Origin: an uncultured Candidatus Micrarchaeota archaeon | Lineage (GTDB): Archaea > Micrarchaeota > Micrarchaeia > Anstonellales > Bilamarchaeaceae | NCBI GenBank assembly: GCA_963804385.1 | Contig: CAWDQD010000004.1 | Location: forward strand, 5,107-69,106 | Reading direction: 5' to 3' | DNA: 64,000 bases | Part shown: positions 46,310-55,970 of the stretch, in pieces | Position numbering within the stretch: position 1 is the stretch's first letter | Layout of the letters: each line of letters opens with the position of its first letter | The notes under the pieces: model-generated | Databases searched by the model: none | The model's input: the letters and a program-made list of their open reading frames with translations, nothing else | Told to the model about the DNA's origin: nothing | Translations under genes and position numbers: made by a program

Positions 46310-46654
46310 TCAGCCGAGCTCGTTGATTATGGACGATATCCCCCTCGCGATCCGCTGCGCGTCATAACCTTCGGGCACGGCGATGACCTTCACGGAATCT
46401 ATATAGGAGAGGTTCTTGAGGATCCGCAGCATCGACACCGCATGCGAAGCGTCATGGAGATATCCGCTGTCCAGGCTTTCCAGCAGCATTATCTTTTTCA
46501 CCGATGGGATGGTGTCGATAACTATGAGATGGCGGCCCTCGTCTTCGATATCCGAATCCATCCTGCACTTGCGGAATCCTATCGATGGGAAAGATTTCCT
46601 GAGGCTGGACAATACAGCGTCCTCCTCGTCAAGGCGGAAAACCAGCACCCTCAT
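46310..46654 (-). CDS. hypothetical protein (114 aa)
   Basis: The start is the internal ATG at 46654 (MRVLVFRLDEED...). The upstream part of the 190-aa ORF is Arg-rich and overlaps the glutaredoxin gene in another frame. Confidence 0.45.
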   Translation of the reverse strand: MRVLVFRLDEEDAVLSSLRKSFPSIGFRKCRMDSDIEDEGRHLIVIDTIPSVKKIMLLESLDSGYLHDASHAVSMLRILKNLSYIDSVKVIAVPEGYDAQRIARGISSIINELG

Positions 46655-46680
46655 GGAAGATATAATGGAAGAAAAAGTTA

Positions 46681-46923
46681 TTATTTGATGTTGAGGAGCG
46701 CTTTCAGTTTCACATCGTCGAATCCGATCACGATGTCCTTGCCAACCACGATGACCGGAATCCCGCTCTGCCCGCTTTTCTCGATCGCCTCTTGGGCATA
46801 GACCGGGTCGTCCACATCGCGCTTCTCGAACTTCACTTTCTTCTCGGTGAGGAACTCCATCGCCTTGTGGCACCATGGACACCAGTCAGCCGTATAGACG
46901 ATAACTTTCTTTCTTGTTGCCAT
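46681..46923 (-). CDS. glutaredoxin-like protein
   Basis: The CPWC active site is seen in VYTADWCPWCHKA, the size is 80 aa, and the GIPVIVVG motif is present. Confidence 0.85.
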   Translation of the reverse strand: MATRKKVIVYTADWCPWCHKAMEFLTEKKVKFEKRDVDDPVYAQEAIEKSGQSGIPVIVVGKDIVIGFDDVKLKALLNIK

Positions 46924-46986
46924 GGTGAATAAAAACAGCTAAACATTATATATTATTCCATCCCCATAAATTCCAGTCTGATTCAA

Positions 46987-48738
46987 ATGGTCGTACGTGT
47001 AGCGGTTATAGACAGGGATATCTGCACCAATATAAAATGCGGATACGTCTGCGAGAAGGTCTGCCCACCGAACAGGATGGGCGAAGAATGCATCGTTACT
47101 GAGAAGGAGACCGTTTTCCCGGTCATATCCGAGCCTCTCTGCATAGGCTGCGGGCTCTGCGTGAAGAAATGCCCCGTGTCATGCATATCGATCGTGAACC
47201 TGGCGCAGGAGCTGACGGAACCGATCTACCAGTACGGCACCAACACCTTCAGGCTCTACGGCCTTCCGCTTCCTATGGACGGCGCGGTCTCGCTCGTGGG
47301 GAAGAACGGCATCGGCAAGACCACGGCCATAAAGCTGCTCACCAGGCAGGTCCGGCCCAATTTCGGGACCAGCAGGATGAAATTCACCGACGACGACATA
47401 GACAAGCGGCTGACAATGGATATCAAACGATATTTCGCCAAGACGCGGGAAGGGCTGAAGGTCAGCGTGAAGCCGCAGCATATAGACAAGGTGCGCGACG
47501 CTTTCGATGGGACCGTGGCCGACCTGCTCTCTAAGGTCGCGGGCAAGAGCAAGGTCGCGCAGACCGCCAAGCTCTTCAAGCTCGAGGATACGCTGGAAAG
47601 GAAGGTGTCCCAGCTCTCCGGAGGCGAGCTCCAGAAGGTCTCTATCGCCGCTTCGTACATGAAGAGCGCCGACATATACTATTTCGATGAGGTCACGAAT
47701 TACCTGGATATAGAGGAGCGCCTGCGCGTGGCGGTCATACTCAAAGACCTGGCAGAAGAGAAGAACGTGATGATGGCCGAGCATGACCTCACGATACTCG
47801 ATTACGTCAGCAGCTACGTGCACGTGCTCTACGGCGATGAGAACGTCTACGGCGTGGTATCCGGAGTGAAGAACGTGCGCGGCGGCATCAACGAGTACAT
47901 CTCCGGCTATCTGAAGGACGAGAACGTGCGCTTCAGATCCTACGAGATCGCTTTCAGCAAGCACAGCGAAGGCGAGATAAAGACGCCGACATTGGTGAAA
48001 TACGACGCAATGAAAAGGGCTTACACCGGATTCACGTTCACGAGCGATCCTGGCGAGATAAAGAAGGGCGAGATACTCGGGCTGGTCGGCAAGAACGCGC
48101 TCGGCAAATCGACGTTCGTGAAGATGCTGGTCGGCGTCGAGAAGACCGACGAAGGGGAGCAGCTTCCGCTCAAAGTGTCCTACAAGCCCCAGTACATCTC
48201 GGCGGATGACACCGAGGTCTCCGAGCTTTTCGCAGGCAAAAGCATGAACGGCCTGATATTCGAGGACTGCAAGAGACGGCTGGGGGTCGGCAAGTTCATG
48301 GACAAGAAGCTCAATGAGTTATCCGGCGGCGAGCTGCAACGGGTAGCGCTCACGCTCGCGATATCGCAGGACGCGGATATCTACTTATTCGACGAACCGA
48401 GCGCCTTCCTGGATATCGAGCAGAGGTTCGAGTTCGCGGGATTGCTGAGAAAGGTCATCAGCGAGAGCGACAAGGCCGCTTTCGTGGTGGACCACGACAT
48501 AGTGTTCATAGACGCGATAGCGAACAGGCTGATAGTATTCGACGGGAAAAGCTCGATCAAAGGCCACGCGTCCGCTCCGCTGAACAAGAGGAACGGCATG
48601 AACGGATTCCTGAAAGTCGCGGGGATAACGATGAGGCGCGACAAGGACACGAACAGGCCTAGGATAAACAAGCCTGGCAGCCAGCTGGATACAGAGCAGA
48701 AGGCGAGCGGGGAATACTTCTACCACGATACGAGATGA
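46987..48738 (+). CDS. abce1: ABCE1 / RNase L inhibitor-type ribosome recycling ATPase
   Basis: The N-terminal 2x[4Fe-4S] Cys clusters (CGYVCEKVCP, CIGCGLCVKKCP) are followed by two ABC cassettes (GKNGIGKTT, GKNALGKST, LSGGELQ twice). Confidence 0.93.
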   Translation: MVVRVAVIDRDICTNIKCGYVCEKVCPPNRMGEECIVTEKETVFPVISEPLCIGCGLCVKKCPVSCISIVNLAQELTEPIYQYGTNTFRLYGLPLPMDGAVSLVGKNGIGKTTAIKLLTRQVRPNFGTSRMKFTDDDIDKRLTMDIKRYFAKTREGLKVSVKPQHIDKVRDAFDGTVADLLSKVAGKSKVAQTAKLFKLEDTLERKVSQLSGGELQKVSIAASYMKSADIYYFDEVTNYLDIEERLRVAVILKDLAEEKNVMMAEHDLTILDYVSSYVHVLYGDENVYGVVSGVKNVRGGINEYISGYLKDENVRFRSYEIAFSKHSEGEIKTPTLVKYDAMKRAYTGFTFTSDPGEIKKGEILGLVGKNALGKSTFVKMLVGVEKTDEGEQLPLKVSYKPQYISADDTEVSELFAGKSMNGLIFEDCKRRLGVGKFMDKKLNELSGGELQRVALTLAISQDADIYLFDEPSAFLDIEQRFEFAGLLRKVISESDKAAFVVDHDIVFIDAIANRLIVFDGKSSIKGHASAPLNKRNGMNGFLKVAGITMRRDKDTNRPRINKPGSQLDTEQKASGEYFYHDTR

Positions 48739-48753
48739 GACCGGTTGACCGCA

Positions 48754-49272
48754 TCAGGACCCATTGGAGATTCCTAGTTGGGCTTCAACTGCGGTGATAA
48801 GTCCCCTCGCGCCCAGGGCTGCCAGATTGCCGAGGGTCTTGACGTATGAAAAAACAGCGCCCATGGGCCCTTCGGCGGAAAGGTAGAACTCGTTTCTTTT
48901 CACGATGACACCTTCGGGCGCTTCGCTGTCAACCACTGGCTCGTGCGGGGCCTTCTCTATCGTCTTTCCTTCCGCGTCACGCACTTCGACGTATTTATCC
49001 ATGACGTGGAGATGGGTCGCAGGGCAGTCCAGCCGCACGAATTGCCGGATGTTCTGTGTTGTATCCCCTCCGAACCTTGAAAGGATGCGAACCGTATCGG
49101 AACCAAAACGGTGGGTATCCACCGCGATTGAGATGGTTATCCGCCCGCTCTCCTTAGTACCGGACACTCCGGTCTTGATCATCTCCTCCATGAGAAGGTG
49201 CCTGCTGAATATGGATTTACGGTCTTCTTTCACCATTGGAACGCCGTACCTGATTCCTACTGTGGTCGCCAT
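48754..49272 (-). CDS. hypothetical protein (172 aa)
   Basis: The ORF has ordinary composition and no motif is recognised. Confidence 0.5.
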   Translation of the reverse strand: MATTVGIRYGVPMVKEDRKSIFSRHLLMEEMIKTGVSGTKESGRITISIAVDTHRFGSDTVRILSRFGGDTTQNIRQFVRLDCPATHLHVMDKYVEVRDAEGKTIEKAPHEPVVDSEAPEGVIVKRNEFYLSAEGPMGAVFSYVKTLGNLAALGARGLITAVEAQLGISNGS

Positions 49273-49346
49273 ACGGTTAATCCATGTTATAAAGTGTTTA
49301 AATATATATTGTTATGAGGATAATATCCTGAAGGCATTAGACCAGC

Positions 49347-49583
49347 TTATACGATTTTCAAGGCCTCTTTCATCCTCTTGACATTGAATCCTATCATTAT
49401 CGTCCCATCTATATCCACGACCGGCACGGCATATCCGCCGCTCTTCTTGAACACCTCGTCCGCGTATGCTCGGTTCTGCTCAGCGTTCCGCTCCTCGAAC
49501 GGGATATCATTCTGCTTCAGGAAATCCTTGACCTTGACGCACCATGGGCAGTCGTTCTTGGAATAGACGATGACGTTTGGCAT
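49347..49583 (-). CDS. glutaredoxin-like protein
   Basis: The CPWC active site is seen in VYSKNDCPWCVKV. It is paralogous to 46681-46923. I moved the start to the ATG at 49583. Confidence 0.85.
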   Translation of the reverse strand: MPNVIVYSKNDCPWCVKVKDFLKQNDIPFEERNAEQNRAYADEVFKKSGGYAVPVVDIDGTIMIGFNVKRMKEALKIV

Positions 49584-49636
49584 GGAATAATTGAGCGCGA
49601 CAAAAGTTAAAAAGCCCATACGGAGAAGCCTTCTCC

Positions 49637-50551
49637 ATGAAAGAGCTCAGCAAGATCTGGATGCACGGGAAATTCGTCGACTGGAAAGATGCCAAGATAC
49701 ATGTGCTCACGCACGGCCTCCATTACGGCACCGCGATATTCGAGGGCATGCGCTGCTATGACACACCGAACGGGCCGGCCATATTCAGGATGGACGATCA
49801 TTTCTCGAGATTCTTCCAGGGGGTTAAATCGTACCAGTTCGAAGTGAAATACACCAAGGAGCAGCTTAAGGGGGTCACCCGGGAGCTCATAAGGAAGAAC
49901 AAGGTGAGGAGCTGCTACATCCGTCCGATAGGATATGTCGGGTATTCCTCGATAGGGATCACGACCGTCGACAAGCCGTTCGATGTATCCATAATCCCTG
50001 TCGACATGGGGAAGTATTTCGGCCCGAAGGCCGAGCGAGGCATCTCGTGCTGCGTATCCAGCTGGAGGAGGATAAGCGCGAACATACTCTCGCCGCATGT
50101 CAAGGCGAGCGCGAATTACATGAACTCGGTCCTGGCAAAGCACGAGGCGACGAATTCCGGATATGACGAAGCCGTGATGCTGACGCAGGAGGGCCACGTC
50201 TCCGAAGGGACAGGAGAGAACGTATTCATAGTCCAGAACGGGGTCCTGGTGACGCCGCCGCTTTATGATGGCGTGCTCGCCGGCATAACCAGGCAGACGA
50301 TCATGGAGCTCGCCTACGAGATGGGCATCCCGGTCCGCGAGCGGCCGATACTGCGGGATGAGCTTTACTCGGCGGATGAGATGTTCCTCTGCGGCACCGC
50401 AGCCGAGATAACACCGGTCCTGGACGTGGACCGGAGGAAGATAAGCGAGGATCCGGGCCCGATCACGAAGATGATGCGGGAGACGTTCTTCGATGTCGCG
50501 AGAGGCAAGGACGAGAGGTTCATCCGCTGGCTGGACTTCGTGAAGCCTTAA
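49637..50551 (+). CDS. ilvE: branched-chain amino acid aminotransferase (class IV PLP fold)
   Basis: Motifs HYGTAIFEGMRCY, the catalytic Lys in KASANYMNS, EGTGENVF and GTAAEITPV are present. Confidence 0.92.
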   Translation: MKELSKIWMHGKFVDWKDAKIHVLTHGLHYGTAIFEGMRCYDTPNGPAIFRMDDHFSRFFQGVKSYQFEVKYTKEQLKGVTRELIRKNKVRSCYIRPIGYVGYSSIGITTVDKPFDVSIIPVDMGKYFGPKAERGISCCVSSWRRISANILSPHVKASANYMNSVLAKHEATNSGYDEAVMLTQEGHVSEGTGENVFIVQNGVLVTPPLYDGVLAGITRQTIMELAYEMGIPVRERPILRDELYSADEMFLCGTAAEITPVLDVDRRKISEDPGPITKMMRETFFDVARGKDERFIRWLDFVKP

Positions 50552-50595
50552 TCCTTTTTATATGTATCCTTGCAAATTTGCGAAAGAGGCAAAGC

Positions 50596-50707
50596 GGGGT
50601 CGTGGGCTAACCTGGTAGACTGGAGCCTTCGGGTGAAGCTTCTGGAATCTAAAAAGTCCGAGCTTCAGTAAAAGGCTTTGATCTGTGTTCAAATCACGGC
50701 GACCCCA
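50596..50707 (+). tRNA. tRNA, most parsimoniously tRNA-Pro(CGG), with a 39-nt intron at the canonical 37/38 position
   Basis: The acceptor stem is GGGGTCG/CGACCCC with discriminator A. U8, A14, G18G19 and A21 are present. The T-arm is CTGTG-TTCAAAT-CACGG. The anticodon stem is GAGCC/GGCTT with loop TTCGGG|A. Removing 50634-50672 leaves a 73-nt tRNA. The D-stem is weak (one Watson-Crick pair, two G-U pairs, one mismatch), and no CCA is encoded. Confidence 0.6.
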
Positions 50708-50754
50708 TTCTCTTCATAGTAATCTTTCTAATCCTTCCCGAATTATTCAGAAGC

Positions 50755-50952
50755 ATGGATATCATAACCGATCTGGGTCCCGAAGGCAAACGGTTCCGGA
50801 TGGTGGCGAGGACGCAGGATATCGCGGAAGCCAATCGCATCGCCGACCAGTATGCCATGCAGGGATTCGAAGCCCGGATGGTCAAGAAGGCGCAGGGCAA
50901 CCTAGCTATTTACGAGGTGTGGGTCGCCAAAGCTCCCGAGATATTGTCATAG
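50755..50952 (+). CDS. hypothetical small protein (65 aa)
   Basis: This is only an ORF, with ordinary composition. Confidence 0.4.
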   Translation: MDIITDLGPEGKRFRMVARTQDIAEANRIADQYAMQGFEARMVKKAQGNLAIYEVWVAKAPEILS

Positions 50953-51115
50953 ATACAGATATACCCTCTTTCTAGTATCTGATATGTGGATTTACACAAT
51001 AATATTGCCATACTGCTATGATAAATGATACGTAAAAACACAAACTATATAAATAGTTCCAATTCTAATCTAATTGACTGAGGATTGACTGGGAAAGATA
51101 GATGGGAGGGGTAGA

Positions 51116-51775
51116 ATGTCACATTCATGCGGATCGACAGGTGTCATCTCCGAATCCTTCATGCACGAGTTCGACTCGGCTCTCCATGATGGCGTAACCA
51201 GATTGACCGAACTCGCCGGGGACATGCTGGGGTTCATTGAAGAGCAGACCGCATTGGACGGAAGGCTCGCAGGCATCATAAAAAGATGGGACCCGCCCAG
51301 GTGCGAAGTGGAAGAAGCCAGGAAGAAGGCTATAACGCTCATAGGAAATATCATTGTCGATAACGACGTGGACGTTGTCCGGGAATCCGAACCGCGGAAG
51401 CTGTGCATAAACCTCATGAGGGCGAGCGGCGGCTATGCTGATGATGGCGCACGGATCATCAGATTGAACAGGATAGTCGAGGATACGCTGATGCACCTGG
51501 AGAATCGCGGGTTCTCGCCAAAAGAAGCCGAGGATCTCATCCGCTGCCTGCTGGGTTTTGGGACGACCGACATCGGAAAGATACTCGATACCATGGCAGA
51601 GGAGAAAAGCCTCAAGTACGTGGGGTTCCTAAAATTCATGCAACAGAACAGCCATGGAACGCTATCCAGAAGGGCATCCAACATCCTGGAGAACACCCTT
51701 TCCGTGCAATCGGTGGCAAGACCGGACACGCCTAGAAAGCCGTCGGCTCCATTGCGAATCATCCGGCACTGCTAA
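51116..51775 (+). CDS. hypothetical protein (219 aa)
   Basis: The predicted protein is helical, and no motif is recognised. Confidence 0.5.
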   Translation: MSHSCGSTGVISESFMHEFDSALHDGVTRLTELAGDMLGFIEEQTALDGRLAGIIKRWDPPRCEVEEARKKAITLIGNIIVDNDVDVVRESEPRKLCINLMRASGGYADDGARIIRLNRIVEDTLMHLENRGFSPKEAEDLIRCLLGFGTTDIGKILDTMAEEKSLKYVGFLKFMQQNSHGTLSRRASNILENTLSVQSVARPDTPRKPSAPLRIIRHC

Positions 51776-51800
51776 AAACATTCCAATCCCTATTATCCTC

Positions 51801-52658
51801 ATGGGCAAAGTCCGGATCAAGTATGCGCGCAACGAGAACACAGAACGCATCGAAGGCATGGGATTGCATTCTGTCTGCCAGAGCGCCCATTGCCCCAATC
51901 GGAGCGAATGCTGGTCTTCCGGGACCGCGACATTCATGGTTCTCGGCGACCAATGCACGCGGGCATGCAGATTCTGCGCGATCAAGACCGCTGCGAAGCC
52001 CCCGCCTCCGGATCCGGATGAGCCGCGCAGGCTCGCCGATGCGGTTCATTCGCTCGGCCTCAGATACTGCGTCATCACATCCGTCACCAGGGATGACCTT
52101 GCAGATGGCGGATCGGGACATATAGCCGACTGCATCAGGGCGCTCCGCGCGAAGATGCCTGATCTCATCATAGAGGTCCTCGTGCCTGATTTCAAGGCGG
52201 ATAAGAGGGTCATCATGACCATCATAGATGCGAGGCCGGATGTAGTATCGCACAATATCGAGACCGTCGAAAGGTTGACGCCACAGATCAGGGATCGCAG
52301 AGCGGGCTACAAGCAATCCCTCGAAGCATTGAGGCTTTATCGCGAGCTATCGGATGGCATCATCACGAAATCCGGATTGATGGTGGGGTTCGGAGAGAGC
52401 GATGACGAGGTGGAAAAGACGATGGAGGATCTGCGTTCGGTGGGAGCGGATATCCTGACCATAGGCCAGTATCTCCAGCCATCCGCAAGGAATGTCCAGG
52501 TTAAAGAGTATGTAGAGGAGAGCAGATTCAAACTCTACGAGGAGAAAGCGTATCGATCCGGATTCAGATACGTCGCCTCCGGACCTCTGGTGAGGAGTTC
52601 TTATCGTGCGGCCGAGCCGTTCATCAAAGGAACGCTCTCCAGAGCGAATCTTATTTAA
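51801..52658 (+). CDS. lipA: lipoyl synthase
   Basis: The auxiliary cluster motif is CQSAHCPNRSEC and the radical-SAM motif is CTRACRFCAIK. The start is the ATG at 51801 (MGKVRIKY). Confidence 0.92.
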   Translation: MGKVRIKYARNENTERIEGMGLHSVCQSAHCPNRSECWSSGTATFMVLGDQCTRACRFCAIKTAAKPPPPDPDEPRRLADAVHSLGLRYCVITSVTRDDLADGGSGHIADCIRALRAKMPDLIIEVLVPDFKADKRVIMTIIDARPDVVSHNIETVERLTPQIRDRRAGYKQSLEALRLYRELSDGIITKSGLMVGFGESDDEVEKTMEDLRSVGADILTIGQYLQPSARNVQVKEYVEESRFKLYEEKAYRSGFRYVASGPLVRSSYRAAEPFIKGTLSRANLI

Positions 52659-52680
52659 ATTTCTCTGGCTTACTGCAAGC

Positions 52681-53748
52681 ATGCCAATCGCACGCGTATT
52701 CGAAGGCAGCGTAGATAATCTGCAAATCCTCGACAAGGACGGCAACGTGGACAAGGCCCTCGAGCCTAAGCTCGACGATGCCACCCTGAAATCCATGTAC
52801 AAGGGGATGGTGCTCGCGCGCATCTGGGACCACAAATACATGGCGCTCCAGCGCACCGGGAGGATGTACACCTACCCGCCGATAGAAGGCCAGGAAGCCA
52901 TAGCCGTCGGAGTGACGCTCGCCTGCAGGAGCGAAGACTGGCTGTTCCCCACATACCGGGAAGCCTCGATAGTCTACTACCTCCGCGGCCACCCCGCATT
53001 CCAGAACGTACTCATATGGATGGGTCTCGAAGAGGGGCTCCGGCTGGATAAAGGCATCCGATGTTTCCCTTACGCCACACCCATAGGCACGCAGTTCCCG
53101 CACGCGGTGGGGGCCGCATACGCGCTCAGGAGCAAGGGCGAGAAGAGCGCGACGATCGTCTTCGGCGGCGATGGCGCGACCAGCGAGGGCGATTTCCACG
53201 ATGCGATGAACTTCGCGGGCGTGTGGAACGCAGGCACGGTATTCGTCATCTCCAACAATCAGTACGCCATATCCGTCCCGAGGAAATCCCAGACCAAATC
53301 CGAGACGCTGGCCCAGAAAGCGCTCGCCTACGGCTTCAAGGGCATCCAGGTGGATGGCAACGACATACTTTCGGTGTACCGGGCTGTGAAGGAAGCGGCC
53401 GATAACGCCAGATCAGGCAAAGGGCCGATCGCGCTCGAGTTCATAACATACCGGATGGGACCGCACACCACTTCGGACGATCCGAAAAAATACCGTGATG
53501 AAAAGGAGGTCGCATACTGGCGCGACCGCGATCCGATCAAGCGTTTCCAGATATACCTCAAGGCGAAAGGCATATGGGATGAACAATTCGAGAAGGATGT
53601 GAATGACGAGGCCACGCGCATAGTGGAGGAAGCGGTGGTGAAGGCCGAGGCATACAAGCCGGATCCCAAGGACCTTTTCACGTACAACCTGGCTTCCATG
53701 TCCAAAGACGTCAAGAGACAGATGGATGAGTGCCTCGGCAAAGGGTGA
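52681..53748 (+). CDS. pdhA: 2-oxoacid dehydrogenase E1 component, alpha subunit (TPP-binding)
   Basis: The TPP motif region GGDGATSEGDFHDAMNFA is present. The start is the ATG at 52681. Confidence 0.9.
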   Translation: MPIARVFEGSVDNLQILDKDGNVDKALEPKLDDATLKSMYKGMVLARIWDHKYMALQRTGRMYTYPPIEGQEAIAVGVTLACRSEDWLFPTYREASIVYYLRGHPAFQNVLIWMGLEEGLRLDKGIRCFPYATPIGTQFPHAVGAAYALRSKGEKSATIVFGGDGATSEGDFHDAMNFAGVWNAGTVFVISNNQYAISVPRKSQTKSETLAQKALAYGFKGIQVDGNDILSVYRAVKEAADNARSGKGPIALEFITYRMGPHTTSDDPKKYRDEKEVAYWRDRDPIKRFQIYLKAKGIWDEQFEKDVNDEATRIVEEAVVKAEAYKPDPKDLFTYNLASMSKDVKRQMDECLGKG

Positions 53749-53753
53749 TTCTC

Positions 53754-54728
53754 ATGAAGATGACAATGGTCGACGCTATCAACGCATGCCTGAAGCAGGA
53801 GATGGAACGGGACAGCAGCATAGTCGTGCTGGGCGAGGATGTCGGGGTGGACGGCGGGGTCTTCCGCGTCACCGAAGGCCTGCTGCAGAGATTCGGACGC
53901 GAACGAGTCATGGACACGCCATTATCGGAATCCGGGATAATCGGGGTCTCGATAGGAATGGCCACGTTCGGGATGAGACCGGTCCCCGAAATGCAGTTCC
54001 AGGGATTCGAATACAACGCATACCATCAGATAATCCAGCACATGAGCAGGCTCAGGAACAGGACCAGAGGCAAATTCACGGTGCCGATGGTGATCCGCCT
54101 TCCATACAGCGGAGGGATACGGGCCCTCGAACACCATGGCGAAAGCATGGAGAGCGTGTACATCCACATACCCGGGCTCACCGTGGTCTGCCCATCATCG
54201 CCTTACGACGCGAAGGGGCTCCTGGCATCAGCGCTTTCCTATCCGGATCCGGTCCTTTACTTCGAACCCAAGAAGCTTTATCGCGCGTTCAAGGAGGAAG
54301 TTCCTGAGGAACGGTATACCATAGAAATCGGAAAGGCGAACATCGTCAAGGAGGGCTCCGACCTGACGGTCGTCTCATGGGGCGCCATGACGTACGTCAG
54401 CAAGGACGCGATCGAGGATGCGGAGAAGCAGGGGGTATCTGTCGAGCACATAGACCTGCGCACGCTGTCCCCATGCGATTATGATTCCATATTGGATTCC
54501 GTTAGGAAGACCGGCCGCCTCGTGATAGTCCATGAAGCGGTGAAGACCCTCGGTTTCGCGGCAGAGATCTCGGCACGCGTATGCGAAGAGGCGTTGCTCA
54601 GCCTGGAGGCGCCCGTGAAACGGGTGACCGGCTGGGACATCAACATCCCTTACCCGAAGATGGAGGATTACTATTTCCCGGATGAGAAGAGGATCCTGAA
54701 GGGGATACTGGAGACGGCTAAATTCTGA
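53754..54728 (+). CDS. pdhB: 2-oxoacid dehydrogenase E1 component, beta subunit
   Basis: The transketolase-like pattern VVLGEDVGVDGGVFRVTEGL...DTPLSESGIIG is present. Confidence 0.92.
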   Translation: MKMTMVDAINACLKQEMERDSSIVVLGEDVGVDGGVFRVTEGLLQRFGRERVMDTPLSESGIIGVSIGMATFGMRPVPEMQFQGFEYNAYHQIIQHMSRLRNRTRGKFTVPMVIRLPYSGGIRALEHHGESMESVYIHIPGLTVVCPSSPYDAKGLLASALSYPDPVLYFEPKKLYRAFKEEVPEERYTIEIGKANIVKEGSDLTVVSWGAMTYVSKDAIEDAEKQGVSVEHIDLRTLSPCDYDSILDSVRKTGRLVIVHEAVKTLGFAAEISARVCEEALLSLEAPVKRVTGWDINIPYPKMEDYYFPDEKRILKGILETAKF

Positions 54729-54732
54729 GGTC

Positions 54733-55950
54733 ATGCACATGAAGGAATTCAAGTTCCCTGATGTCGGCGAAGGCATCCATGAAGGAAAGATAGTGAAATG
54801 GCGCGTAACGGAAGGCGAAACGGTCAAAGCGGACCAGACCATAGTCGAGGTCGAGACGGACAAGGCGATAGTCGAACTGCCATCGCCCGTGGCGGGGAAG
54901 ATAGGTACCATCAATTTCCATGAAGGGACGACCGTCAAAGTGGGGGAGACGCTCGTCACCATAGCGGATGACGGCGAACCGGTCCCTGCGCCCAAAACCG
55001 CACCGGATGCGCCCAAAGCGCCCTCTGCCCCGGCGATAATCCCTTCGCAGCCGCAGACATCGGTCTCTCCGGCATTGCCTGTCCTGGCGACCCCGTCTAC
55101 GAGGAAGCTGGCCCGTGAGCTCGGAGTGGATATCAATACCGTGCACGGTTCAGGCCCTGGAGGAAGGATCACCGAGGATGACGTAAAGGGAGCTAAAGCG
55201 CCCCGGAGCGTCGGCCCGAAATCCGAGATGCCTCCGCCTGCGCTCGAGAGCGACACGCGGATACCGCTCAGCGGCCTGCGAAAGACGATAGCCGAGCGCA
55301 TGTCATATTCGAAGATGCACATCCCGCATGCATGCGGCATGGATTTCGTCGACGTGACGGACCTTGTGGGGATACGGGAGAAGGAGAAAGCTGCCCTTGC
55401 CCAGAGGGGGATAAAGCTCACTTACCTGCCTTTCATAATCAAGTCGTGCACGATCGCGCTCCGGAAATACCCGAGCTTCAATGCTCATTTCGATGAGGCA
55501 CGCAACGAGCTGATCGCGAAGAAGGACATCAACATCGGGATCGCGGTGGATACTCCAGACGGACTGATGGTGGTCGTCATCAAGAGCGCGGACAAGAAAA
55601 CCATCAGCGACATAGCGAAGGAGATCGAGACGCTCGCTGACCTCGCGAGATCCAGGAAGGTATCGCTCGAGGACATCAGAGGGAGCACCTTCACGATAAC
55701 GAATGTCGGCAGCGTGGGCGGGACATTCTCGACGCCAATCATCAACCCGCCCGAGGTCGCTATAATGGGCATCCACAGGATACAGGATATGCCCTGGGTC
55801 GTTGGCGGCCAGATAAAACCCAGGAAGATCATGGGCGTATCATTGTGCTTCGATCACAGGGTGAGCGATGGGGCCATAGCCACGGAATTCACTAACCTGG
55901 TGAAGCAGCACCTCGAGGATCCGTACCTGCTGCTCATGGATATGATATAA
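54733..55950 (+). CDS. pdhC: dihydrolipoamide acyltransferase (E2) with one lipoyl domain
   Basis: The lipoyl-Lys motif is VEVETDKAIVELPSP, the E3-binding segment is ATPSTRKLARELGVD, and the catalytic motif is CFDHRVSDGA. Confidence 0.9.
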   Translation: MHMKEFKFPDVGEGIHEGKIVKWRVTEGETVKADQTIVEVETDKAIVELPSPVAGKIGTINFHEGTTVKVGETLVTIADDGEPVPAPKTAPDAPKAPSAPAIIPSQPQTSVSPALPVLATPSTRKLARELGVDINTVHGSGPGGRITEDDVKGAKAPRSVGPKSEMPPPALESDTRIPLSGLRKTIAERMSYSKMHIPHACGMDFVDVTDLVGIREKEKAALAQRGIKLTYLPFIIKSCTIALRKYPSFNAHFDEARNELIAKKDINIGIAVDTPDGLMVVVIKSADKKTISDIAKEIETLADLARSRKVSLEDIRGSTFTITNVGSVGGTFSTPIINPPEVAIMGIHRIQDMPWVVGGQIKPRKIMGVSLCFDHRVSDGAIATEFTNLVKQHLEDPYLLLMDMI

Positions 55951-55970
55951 GACTGGTGATTTCTATCGTC

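Noticed and set aside
46271-46801. 176-aa plus-strand ORF
   Set aside because: It is antisense to the 114-aa ORF and the glutaredoxin-like gene, with no motif and odd composition.
50596-50707. Alternative reading of the tRNA as Gln(CUG), with a 15-nt intron inside the stem GAAGC/GCTTC
   Set aside because: It would leave about 12 extra nucleotides in the D region and about 11 in the variable region, requiring two further introns. The Pro(CGG) model needs only one canonical-position intron and gives a 73-nt tRNA.
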